NCBI GenBank assembly: GCA_010093605.1
Contig: MU004195.1
Span: 1,193,566 to 1,257,565 of the forward strand
From: Lophium mytilinum
Lineage: Eukaryota
DNA length: 64,000 nucleotides
Reading direction: 5' to 3'
In this document: positions 11,802-22,970 of the stretch, piece after piece
Numbering within the stretch: the stretch's first letter is position 1
Layout: each line of letters starts with the position of its first letter
Made by a program: the position numbers and the translations under genes
The notes under the pieces: model-generated
The model's database searches: none
What the model was told of the DNA's origin: nothing
Seen by the model: the letters and a program-made list of their open reading frames with translations, nothing else

Positions 11802-12929
11802 CGTGGGGTTTTTGTGCCTGTAGAAGTTTTGGGTGTTACCGGGCCGTCTAAGGCGCGTTGCTGTGATGGATGCAGTGGGGGAGAGTTCAGGTGGAGGTCC
11901 GCGTCTTCAATTCTACTATCTGGGCGCTAAAATATTACTACTGCAAGGGTAATGGCTTCAAGCCACTGCTGTACTATATCTATGCAAAGGTGGTAAATGT
12001 TGAAGAGTTCTAACTTTCATGCAAAAGGTTGTTATGTTCAAGGTGCTAGATTCGGTGGTGGTAGGGAAATTACGCCCCTACGCCATTTACGTCCTAGCTG
12101 GCTTTTCAATACGCCATCCGGCGAGTACACTCCATCCTAATCCTCTCCACCTTCCCCTCCATGCATCGAGACTCACCTACGATCATCAAAAATGGCCCTT
12201 CCAGATCCCATTTACTCTTCTACGCCCGAGTAAAGAGAGTTTTAATTTGAGCGAAGCCAGGCTTGTGGCACCAGACACATGAGCAAACTTAAGCTGATTG
12301 TTGGATGTCGACTTGCAAGCCTGCTAGATGCTCACGCCCACGAGCGTTTCTATCGCAAGTAAAGAGAGAAGCTATGTGTGATCAACTACTATCAATACTG
12401 AACTGAAACCTCCAAGATACAAGGTACCCTATCCTGACAAATCCACGCAAACCAAACCTCTACGCTCGTTGGCTTCTGCGGGCTCATCATGGCAAACTGG
12501 AGCGAGTCCGTGCCCAAACTTATGGCCTAGGACTGTAGCTTCAATAACTTGTTCTGGAGGGTCTCACCTCCCGCTTGTACGTACTAGTCGCAAGTTTTTA
12601 TGGAATGAACCGTAAAAGAGCAATTTTGACCACGCAACATCTATGCCGCGTACATCCGGGTTGATAATCTCCGACGTTGAGACCGCAGGGCCTGAATCAG
12701 GCAGTCGTCAAAACCATGAAAACGAGCTCAAGCTCCTCCCCTCCAAACTACCATTCGTCGGTTACAAGTTCTCACGAAAGTAACCGGACAAACAAAAGAT
12801 GACTATGCGCGGCGTACCCTCTGCGTCCCCATAGCATACTGCATTGCAGCCTTAAAAGCAACAACCGAGACTAAGCCGCCATTAGGGGGATAGTGAGGAG
12901 CCGCTGAGGGACGTCCCTACACGCGGTGG

Positions 12930-13680
12930 GCATATTTGTTACTTAGAGGATGCAATCGAACCGCGTGAGACAGGTTTTGGCAGACGTGGATGGGACGCGG
13001 CGTGCACCTAAAGTAGTTTCTTTTCAGCCGTCATCGACTGACAAAGAGGCCCGAAATCAGATTGATGGAAATAGAATACCCGAAATGCGGCTAGGGTGCT
13101 TCGTGGAGGAGCTGGTCACTTAAAGTTACTTAATTGACCGTGTGAGAATAGTCTTAGTAGAAGTGGAGGGGACGCGGCGTACACGTGGGGTGGTTGCTTT
13201 TTTAGAATTTATTAACTAGCAAGGGGATTCGAAATCAGGTCAACGGAAATAGGATGCGCAAACGCGGCTGGGGGGCTTCCTTGAGGATCTGGTTACTTAA
13301 AGTCACATAATTGACCGCGTGAGAAAAGTTCAGTAGAAATGGAGGGGACGCGGCGTGCCATCAAATGGCAAGGAGACCTGAATCAGGCTAATGGAAATAG
13401 GATGCTGAAAACCGGCTGGGACTCTTCCTGGAAGATCTGGTTGCTTAAAGTTACATATTTGACCGTGTTGAGGCGAATTTTCGTAGACGCGGAGGAGACT
13501 CCGCATAGTTACTTCTCGAAATCCGATTGACGAGCCGAGGAGCTTGCAATCAGATCGTTAATTTTGGGTTGTTGAAAGATTGCTAAGGCATCCCTGGCGT
13601 CGATTAGTTACAAGAAGTTACAAGATCAACCGTGTTAGACTAATTTCGGTAGACAGGGCGTGCACGTCGTGTGCGAGTGT
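12930..13680. repeat. Degenerate tandem repeat, ~5 copies of ~150-177 bp
   Basis: Anchors GGACGCGGCGT at ~12993, 13170 and 13346, degenerate at ~13495 and 13655; recurring TTACTTAAAGT.AC.TAATTGACCG.GTGAGA and AATCAG...A.GGAAATAG. Confidence 0.85.
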
Positions 13681-13751
13681 GTTAGTTCGTTCGTTGGAGT
13701 TAGAGTATTTCATTCGAAGTACGGGGAGTGTGCAACCTGCGTGGTTCTATT

Positions 13752-14685
13752 TCAGACATTCTTTAGCTTTTTCATACCCCCCAATCCGGACCGATCTCTC
13801 AAAATGTAGTCCTGTCACACCTATTAGCAGACATCTCCTGCAACGCTCCTCAAGTCTACTCACCGAGACCCAGTCGGGTAACCATCCCACAGTCCAAATC
13901 AATGTACTCAACGTCCCCGCCCATATCTTCCCGGTCTTCCCATCGACAAGCTGCTTCACCACCGTCTCCGCAAAAACATCCGGCGGCGTCCCACTCTCCT
14001 TGTTCGCCACACCCGTCACACTTCCCTGTATGTTCTTCAAAACAGGCTGATAGTACGAGTCTTCCGGTAATTGAAGCGGCGGCACACTATTACTATACCA
14101 CTGGCTCTGAATCATCCCCGCCATAACGCTCACCACGCCCACTCCCAGCGGCTCCAGTTCCAGTCGTAGCGTGTCGCCCCATTGCTGGATAGCGGCTTTC
14201 GACGCGTTATAGATAGTCTCATAGGGGTTCCAGGCTTTAGCGGCTACGCTGGCGATGTTGACGAGCGTGCCCTGGCCTTCGATCAGGAGCGGCATGAACG
14301 CCTTCGTCACCATCAACACGCCCCAGAAGTTCGTCTCGAATAATCGTCTCGCTTCATTCATTTCCATGTCCAGCCATGGCATTACTGTCCCGACGCCGGA
14401 GTTGTTGACAAGATAGCCAAGACCAGCGTGTTTTTCGGACGCCAGGGCTTCGCGCGCGGCGACTACCGCGGCTGCGATGCTGTCATCGGATGTGACGTCG
14501 AGTTTGATGGTGGTGACTGAAGGGAGAGAAGTGAGAGCGGGGTCGATTTTAGAGACATTGCGAGCTGTAGCGAGGACGTAGTAGCCGCGCCTTTGGAAAG
14601 AGAATGCGAGAGCAGAGCCGATGCCGCCGGCGGAGCAGCCGGTTATGAGTACGCTCTTTGGACGGGAAGAATAAGAAGGGCCCAT
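13752..14685 (-). CDS. Short-chain dehydrogenase/reductase, AYR1-like
   Basis: ITGCSAGGIG, NNSG, FETNFWG, YNASK, LRLELEPLGV; short 3' intron (GTGAGT..CTAAT..ACAG) before the last exon DYILRDRSGL..KNV*. Confidence 0.9.
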
Positions 14686-15369
14686 ATCTCTGAGCAACGG
14701 GGGCGTAGAAGGAAAGCGTAGGGCTGAAGAAAGATGGGAGGGACGCTCTCAGACTTTTCTATCGCTTGAGGATTTTAGAACAGGGAAGGAAAGGGCCAAG
14801 ATTGCAACAGCTATGGACAAGAGAATCGTGATGGAAGACTATAACCTTATATACTACATGCTGACAGCATGCCCGCTTTATATAGCCATTGATTACCTGA
14901 TTTTAGGCCCCTCCACTCGACTCTAAACTTCTCACTCGGGCCGACTTACCTATTTCAGAATGCGCTCATGCAGCTGCCGTCAGCAGAGCCTAGCGATAGG
15001 CCAAAAGAGCGATCAAGTCGCCAGCATCGGATTGTGCGAATCATCCTCGTCTGCTCAGAGTTAGAGGATGTTCTTGTGCAGTTGATGAAGAGATTCGGGA
15101 GGTTGGAACACAATCCTGGTCATTGTGGACGCTAATCCAGAAGGAGCTGCGGTCACGTGATACTGATAGGTAGAAGGCTGCAAAAGCTTTGTTGTCTGTG
15201 GGGTGTGACAGCTTTATGGGACCTCACAAGAATTCGTGCAGCGATGCCACCTTCAGCAAATCCCCGATTGTGGAGGTGTGGAGAAGAACTAACTTCGAGA
15301 GCCCCCACTATGAGCCCTGGTGGGCTTTTGGATTTTAGAATACGAGGTAAAGGGCAACGCAGTGAATTT

Positions 15370-15630
15370 CAGACTACCTTTTGACGTAGCTAATAATAGC
15401 TGGGGCACCCCTTACAGTGCTTTTTAGTGAGCAAGGGTGGAGCCTGAGGAGTGCGAAATCCGTATGCCTAGAATCGAAGACCTAGTGCTGTATGGAGAGA
15501 ATACGTTGCGTCAACGTACAGGGAATCAGGCTACCCTTTGACGTAGCTGATAACTAGCTGGGGCGCCCCTTACAGTGGTGTCAAGCGAGCAAGACTGGAG
15601 CCCGAGAAGTGCAATGTCCGTATATGGTGG
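15370..15630 (+). repeat. Two ~158-bp copies of the repeat family that forms the arrays at 31-37 kb
   Basis: CTACCYTTTGACG..TAGCTGGGGC.CCCCTTACAGTG...AG.GAGCAAG with cores near 15406 and 15564; matches CTACCTTTTGACG..GCTACTCCT.ACAGTGGTATCAAGCGTGCAAG at 35.0 kb. Confidence 0.75.
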
Positions 15631-15904
15631 GAGCTGAAAGGACTTAGGCATGGGACTTTGCTCTCTTCCAGCAACGATCATCATCATGCACCAGATCGAT
15701 TACTCTTCTTCGGTCATCTTTAAAGACTCTCTCCATCGTAGTCTCATTCAGTCATTGACACTACAATATACCCCTTCACATCATCGGGAAGAAGAAAGAT
15801 TGCAGTTCATCACCGCTCCCTTTCCTCCCCCACTCCACCACGCGAACTCCATCGCGGCTCAATACAACTGGTTTGTTAACCGCCCCCATAAGCTGGAAGC
15901 ATTT

Positions 15905-16230
15905 GAATTTTTTGATCCACCACTCCATCCTTGGTGTTGAGAAACGTTTCTGATCCACCACTCCTCCACTCCATAAGTTCTCGAAATCGCAAATGTTGAT
16001 CCACCACCTCCTCCAAGAGCACCCCTCCAGAACGACTGAAAGGCGGTTTTATCCGCCACTCCCGCTCCTCCATAAACCTCGTCGATATGGCGAGTTGATC
16101 CACCACCCAGCACACTCCCACACAATTCCATCGTTCTCGAAGGAAGCCAGTTTGATCCACCCCCCTTCCCCACTCCTCCACCACTCATTGGCGTCTACCG
16201 TCTTCTTGGCTTGATCCACCACCTCCACTT
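15905..16230 (+). repeat. Minisatellite-like array: 7 copies of TTGATCCACCAC at 39-59 bp spacing
   Basis: Cores near 15912, 15950, 15996, 16049 (degenerate), 16095, 16152 and 16211. Confidence 0.8.
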
Positions 16231-17002
16231 CATTGACGTTACGGACGTGCCCTTTTCGACACACCGCCACCAGAGGAGCCGTCATCATCGTCGCTCGGTG
16301 ATTTCGACTCCATAGCATGCGCCTCGCGGTCTTTTCGAACCAGCCCCCTAAACTCCCTCCCATGTCTCTGAAGACTGCAGAGCGGGGAGCCGAGGGCTTT
16401 ACATACTCCCAGTAGAAAAGATTCCGCGCAAGATTAGTCACCGGCACGTGAACCGCACGTATTCCGCACGACCCACGATATCTCAAAGCTCACAAGATAA
16501 GACGGGGATGTCACGCGCCGTCGTCACGTATCAAGATAAGAGAAATCGACGAATCGGTCGACTAAATGCTTTGGACGTTATATTTCTACATACTTTGACA
16601 TTGGCATACTCGGTCCTCGAATCCTGATAATACAAGCGCGGGCTAGAAACGTTGGCATGGTGAATCATTCCCCCCTCTCTGCTGGTGTTGGAAGCGTACA
16701 AGTGATGGTAGCTAGGAAGGAAAGGAGGAAGGGAAGAGACGGAACAAGCGTGAAAAAGAAATGAGGGACTGCGGTGGAGTATTCGTGATGTCGTATTCTT
16801 TGGTGATGAGGCGTAGGAGGAAAGGTATGGGAGGAGAAGCTCGAGAAAGATAGTGGCGGTGAGCGAACGGAGTATAAACAAAAAAAAAGGGAAGCCGAAT
16901 AGAACGCCCAAAGTCAATGCCACATATCAGACCTCCAGGCGCCGTAGAAAAGTCCACTTCATGATAATGATACAGGCCTCTGTCCATCACCTTAATGCCC
17001 GA

Positions 17003-19268
17003 CTAGATCCACCCCCCTTCTTTAGGCGGACTCCTCGCCATCGTGCCCTCTCCCAGCCCGACTCCCTTTCCTGTCGGACTCCTCACCGGGCTCCTCACGC
17101 CTTTCTCCTTTGGCGACACAACGCTTGCCGGACTGACTGGATTCATTCTTAGCCCACTTAGCCCCACTGGCTTCAGCGGTGGCGGCACTGCACTCCCCCT
17201 TGGCGTAGGCGGAAGTACCTTATTCCTCGCCGCCTGCAGATAACTCCCGCTATTCTGCGGCGTGATCATTGAGAACGCCGGGCTCACCACAGCGGGAGCG
17301 GGTGCTTGGGGCGGCTCATTGGTCTGCCTCGGGAGATCTACAACCGAGTTTGAATTTGAGTTGTTGGAAGACGAGAGGTCAGAGGGTGCTTGGATAGGTA
17401 ATCCGAGGGATTCAGAGCCGCTGGAGTCGTTCGACTCGTTGCGGCGGAGGTTGCCCGGTTTCTGTGACTGAGGCATGCGTGTCGAGGTGATGAAGTCTGC
17501 GGCAGCAATCGCGGCCGGGGCGACAGAGAAGCGGAGGCCGATCTGGACGGTGGCACTGCTGTCATTACTGTCGTCGCGGCGATGGCGTTGGGTGGAGAAG
17601 AGCGGGGGTGGGGGATTCAACCACTGGAGAGAGGCTTCGTGGACGTCGGTTACCGAGGGGGCGGTGCTCATAGCGGAGGCAGCAGTCTGGCGCTTAGCGA
17701 TTGAGGAGAAGGCGGGCTGCTTTGAGGCAGAGGGAGGGGTGTAGATCGTGGCTGGGAGACGGGGTATTTCTTCTGCACGAGTAGGGAAGAGGGAATAGCT
17801 CGATTTGGCGCGTTTGTGGCTGAAGTTTGCTGTGAAGCGGTTGCCCTCTGCTGAGAGGGGCGCTGGTGGGAGTGGCCATTTCGATGGATCGACTCCGCGG
17901 GGGGTTGGGGTCATCGGGCTTTTGACTGACTGTGGTTCCTTTTCGGGACGGTTGTAGTAATCCATCTCTTCTGGTTCACCGTCCATGCGTTGTTTTTCGC
18001 GTACAAGGCCATCCTGGCTAGCCGGTCGGTTCATCATTGGCCCGCTGATGTTCATCTCGAGGTCGCTTGGTCCGAAGAAACGTAGCTTGGGACGTTTCTG
18101 CCATGGAACGCCAACTGGCTTGATGACCATTCGGCTCGCATTCACGCGAAGGAATAGGTGGATAAAGGAAATGAAGATGCCAGAACTGAACAACGGGATT
18201 TCTGCGATTCTGCCAGTAGCGAGAGATTCGTCTAGATCGTGACGGCGTACTTGAATGTGGAATGGAAGGATGAGTGCCTGCTGAGGTTAGACATGAACAC
18301 AAGGGACTAAATGTGGAGACTCACGTATACAATCGTGGCTGCGCAAAGGTAGTAGCACATCCGAGAAGCTGCAATCCGCTCGTTCGGATCCACATTGATG
18401 CTTCGCATGAGTTGCATACTGATAACGGCAGCGAGAATAAGAAAAGCGAAGACAAAGACTACGATTATGACCAGAGTAATGAACTCGTAGCGAATGGGAA
18501 ACCAAATCAAGCTGCCAATGCAGTGATCCGGGCTCGCCCAGACGACCGTCGGAAGGAAGGTGAGAATTAGCAGAAACGTGACGACTCCTAAGCAGATCCT
18601 CGTCGTCCATCTGCTACGCGGAGCAAACCGATCAGTTCTGAGACCTCTGATTGCCACTTCTGCCCCGAAAACTATATGCAAATATCCTAGGAGGAAGAGG
18701 GCTGCAAATAAAGGTCAGCAATGCAATACTATTGAAGCCATGTCTTTTGTTTTGTCCTACCAGGATATGTGGCCATGGCAATGCCCCTACATCCTCTGAT
18801 TACAAGACTATCAAGGGCAGTGCTCTGCACCGTTATGAAAACAATATCCTGTATTGCGATTCCCGAGGCGAGAACGAGGGGAAAGACTTCGGCAGGGTGT
18901 ACGTTAGTTAAGAAACCGAGCTTTCTATACAATGTTAGCTTAGCCGATGGAGAATTGTAAGGTACAAACCTCGGTCGTAAAGGAACTTGATATGCTGCCA
19001 CTCGTCGAGCATCGTTCAATATTCGTGCAATCATCAACAACACTAAAGCCAGACTGAACGCTCCCAGCGTGACGTGCATTGTTCTCAAGGTCTGTACTTG
19101 AGCTAGCTGTAGGCTCTTGATCACCTGCTTGGTATGGTTCGTCTTTGGCCACGTAGTGCCCGAGTTTGCAAGTGTCGAATTAACTGTTCCGTTCGAAGCG
19201 GCCTTGATGACGGAGTTCTGGCCTCGCTCGACGAGCTCGGCGACGACGGCAGCGCCCCATCTTTCCAT
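17003..19268 (-). CDS. Multi-pass membrane protein with a long Ser/Pro-rich cytoplasmic tail (GPCR-like topology), ~4 exons
   Basis: Consecutive ORF segments 19268-18970, 18930-18760, 18690-18325 and 18280-17003 separated by GT..AG introns; ~7 hydrophobic helices and a disordered tail with SSATVQIGLR. Confidence 0.8.
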
Positions 19269-21118
19269 ATTGTAGCCGCGCTCGAGGAATGTGCAAGAAG
19301 GAAAGGACTCTCGCTGAGGACCAGCAGCGGCTAAAAGAGTGAGAAAATTAGGAAACCATGGAGACAGAAGACTGATGAACGTGAGAAGAACACCCGTTCA
19401 ATTGTCAGACAAAGGCCAGCTTGGTTGAATCTGCCAGCAGTGAGTAGAACGAAAAGAGCGTCAGAGCATGAAGGCTGTCGGCCAGCAACACCATATGAGA
19501 CGGCAAAAGGTATATGAGGAGCGCCTGACTTGAAGGAGGGTAGCAGAGAGTTTCGTGACAGCGGTCCTGCGGCGTTTGCCATTCCAGTAGCTGCGCGGGA
19601 AGCATTAGCACCGTCCAGCCTAGGTGATGTCAGTTCCGAAGTGGTGGGCGCTAGGTCGAGAAAGGGTTTCAAGCTCATGCAAGTCCTGGTCATGGTGGAG
19701 GGCCATGCTGTGCGGGTGAAGGAGACCCGGCCGAGGGCCGCAGCATGCTGCAAGCCACCCGCCATGTGGTAATTGAGCCGTGCTGTGTCCATGCTGCGAG
19801 GCTGCTACGTACCCGCGCGCGACGACACGGCGGGCTCCGATGGTAGCAAAATGAGGTCGTCAGTCGAAAAACATTAGTGAAGGAATCCGCCCATGCTACT
19901 TTTGCTTCCAGCATGCTTCTCTCGGGGTCTGTAGAACAGCTAGTGCTCGCCGCCCCGCCCTTGAAAACTTGAAAAGTCTGTTTGGGCAGCGGCTGGTGCA
20001 GAGGTGGCGGTTGCTGGAGAGAGGGGAGGTGGGGGAGCGCCTTCAGACGTCTTGCGGTTTGGGATTGCAGCAGACAGAAGGGTGAAACGCGTGGGACGGC
20101 AGACATGGGACGAAGCGAGAACTCGGAACGGCAAAGACTCAGACGGTAGCGAACGCTTGTTCAGTATGCATAATATAGAGCGGACATATGAGAAGGAAGT
20201 AGAAGCAACGCCGCGCGTGCTGGATAGACATTGGATGGAATGATATTGGGGATGCTGGAGCAATCCCCACTGGCCGTCTGAGCGAAGGCGCCCAGGCCCA
20301 GATACCAAGCTCGTCCCGGGCGCGATCATAGCAGCGGTAATAATAGCGCTGAGTCTAGAGCGTGAAGTCTGGCGTAAATCTTGGACGTGCGAGGATGACG
20401 AAGTGGACGGTGATAGCTAGTGTTGCAAAAGGTGAACGTCCTTCAGGACACTCGCATCATCTTCGACGCCAGTGGCTGGAGAATGCCGCGCTGTCGTCGC
20501 GTCACGGCTGCAAGACCACCTGGCATTCTCATGATGGACCCTCGATAAGGCCTTCTCGGAGTGCTGGTGGTGGGATGCGTGGCGGGGTGTGTGAGGGTTG
20601 AGGAGGTGGAGTTTCAGGGAGGTCAATCGCTCGTGTGGAGAGGCTACGGAGGGCCCCTGCGTTTCGGAAGCATCAGCCACCTGGGCATGCTTCACCAACC
20701 ACGGCGAGTAGGTAATCTCATTGCATCTTGCTCCGCGAAAGAAGGCTGGCAGGGCTGGCCGCTGAACTAATATATCGGATGCTATCCGAGAAGATGCATT
20801 GGACAGCCCTGACTCGAATCATTCTAGAATACTATTCCAGTAGGTTGCCACCATCCCGCTCTCCGCAACGGATGACAGGTGTTTGCATATCACAGTTTAG
20901 GAAAACAACCGGCCGATGCCAAAGATGCCCCTTTATTGAACTAGTCTGATAGCTGCCACTGCAATTATGCTTTAGAAAGGTAAAAACGGAACAAAGAGTT
21001 GGGTATCATGTTGAATCGCCCATCACTTGATGCTCGAACAAGTGATTGCTTTTGAAGCCGCCGACGCTACTCAATGCCCAATGCCTGTATTATGCTATCC
21101 TCTGCTCCCTGCTGCCCC

Positions 21119-22587
21119 TTAGGCCGCCTCTGCATAGTCCTCGAGGTAGGCCACAAGTTTCTTTGCGCCGTCCAAGGACACGGCATTATCTGTCAATTGA
21201 TAGCGGGTTAGCGCATCTGATGTTGCTGGCGACGCCTTTCACGTGTTTTGGGGCTGTGAATGTTGCAACCAATGTCATGGATTCGGTGAACGGGTGTCTC
21301 ATAGTCGAGGCAACTGCCAGAAAAGTCGTAGGGCATGCTATCGCTTATGATAATGAGATTGAGCCACTTACAATTGCTAGCACGAATTCCACCCACGCTC
21401 CGATGCCCTTTGAGACCCAGCAGCCCTACTTTCTCAGCTCCGGTCAAGAACGCTTTCTCCTTCTCAGCGTCACCCCCGTTGACTCTGAAGCAGATGTTCA
21501 TCCGGCTACGGGCTGACTTGTGCGGCACTACGCGGTACACCTCAGAATATTTGTCAAGAACCCCATATATCATTGCTGCCTTGTCGTTCGAGACCTCTTC
21601 CTGACCGCTGATCTTCTTGACCCCGTACGTTGACTCGAGCCCAGACATGACCTGACCAGCGATCCAGACGTCGAAGATCGGCAGCGTGTTATACAGGCTG
21701 TTGTTCTTCGCAATAGTGGGCCAATCCAAAACAATCGGGCCCACAGGCAGCCCCAACGCCCTCAGCAGCTCGGGATCAGCCGTGGCAGAAGCCGGTGGGA
21801 GCAGCGATTTCCGTAGTATGACAATTGTTATCCCGGTGTTGCCAATGTTCTTCTGGGCCCCGCCGAAGATGACGGCATACTTGCTCACGTCGACCTTGCG
21901 GCTGATGAAGTTGGACGACATGTCTGCGACAACGAGTGGCGCGTTTTCCTCTTCAAGGCTCTTCGGGAATGCCGGGAACTCCACACCGTCGACGGTCTCG
22001 TTGTCGCAGAAGTAGGTGAACGCAGCTTTTTTTGAGGGGGTCCACTCCGACTCAGGTGGGATAACGCCAAATTTGCCGTCGTTCGCTTTCCTCGAGTCCA
22101 CAGCTACGTTGACATGTTTAGCTCCTACCAGCCTCGCTGCCTCTTGTGATGCTTTTAGTGACCACGATCCCGTTACTAGGTAGTCCAGCTTGAGCTCTTC
22201 GGCGACCTCTTTCTGCAGCCTCTTAAAAACCGCATCACCCCACGTTTTCACGCTTCCTGAGCTGCCAAGCTCCTGCTCAGCTGCCTTTACTCGTCGCTGT
22301 TCCACCCAGATTGACACCAGATTATACACGACTGCGCTGAACTCGCCACTGCCGCCGCTTTGTAGAAACAGGATCTCGTAGTCTTCGGGGATGTCGAGGA
22401 GCTTTGCGAGAGAGGCTTTCGTGTTGGCTAGGATCTCGTTGGCATCGGGAGAGCGGTGGGAGATTTCGCAGATGCCAATGCCTTTGTCTTTGTAGTTGAG
22501 GAGGACTTTGGCGGCTTCTTCGAGTACGTTGGTGGGGAGGGGCGCGGGGCCAGCGCCGAAGTAGTGCACGTCCGAGCGGGCTACCAT
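21119..22587 (-). CDS. SER1: Phosphoserine aminotransferase (intron 21190-21371)
   Basis: FGAGPAPLP, EISHRS, DMSSN, GAQKNIG, GLKGHRSVGGIRASN|YNAV; last exon ends EDYAEAA*. Confidence 0.97.
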
Positions 22588-22970
22588 AGTGTCAATTGAG
22601 GTTATCTAGGTGTCTGAGTTGTAGAGATAGCGATACGACTAGATAGAGGCGTTAATGAAGGTGTGAGGGTCGATGCGGAATTTGCGTGGAGGGATGAGAT
22701 GACTCCATCACGAAAGCCGACTTCGGATGCAAACAAATGACGGGGAGCTAGCAATTCCGCGTGACAAGCAATGGATTTTGTCATAGCAAATGCACCCCAC
22801 ACTCAAATCGCGGGGCAACATAGAAAGACTTTGCTGGCCAATTGCAGAGGAGCAATATACGTGACGAGATTGACGCCGATTCGGAGGAGAATTGCGGCTT
22901 GGCAGACACCCCCGGCCGAAGAATTTCGAAACTCAACACCACGAGTCTGTCACTATATGCCACTGTCCGG

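Noticed and set aside
12190..12900. Possible small spliced gene or pseudogene starting MALPDPIYS
   Set aside because: Could not assemble a consistent exon chain or recognise a domain
15905..16230. CRISPR-like look of a conserved motif with variable spacers
   Set aside because: Eukaryotic context, no cas genes, a core of only 12 bp, irregular spacing, and linkers that retain mutual similarity
22695..22710. Gcn4/CpcA site in the SER1-LYS4 divergent promoter
   Set aside because: Only a single imperfect TGACTCC; plausible but indistinguishable from chance
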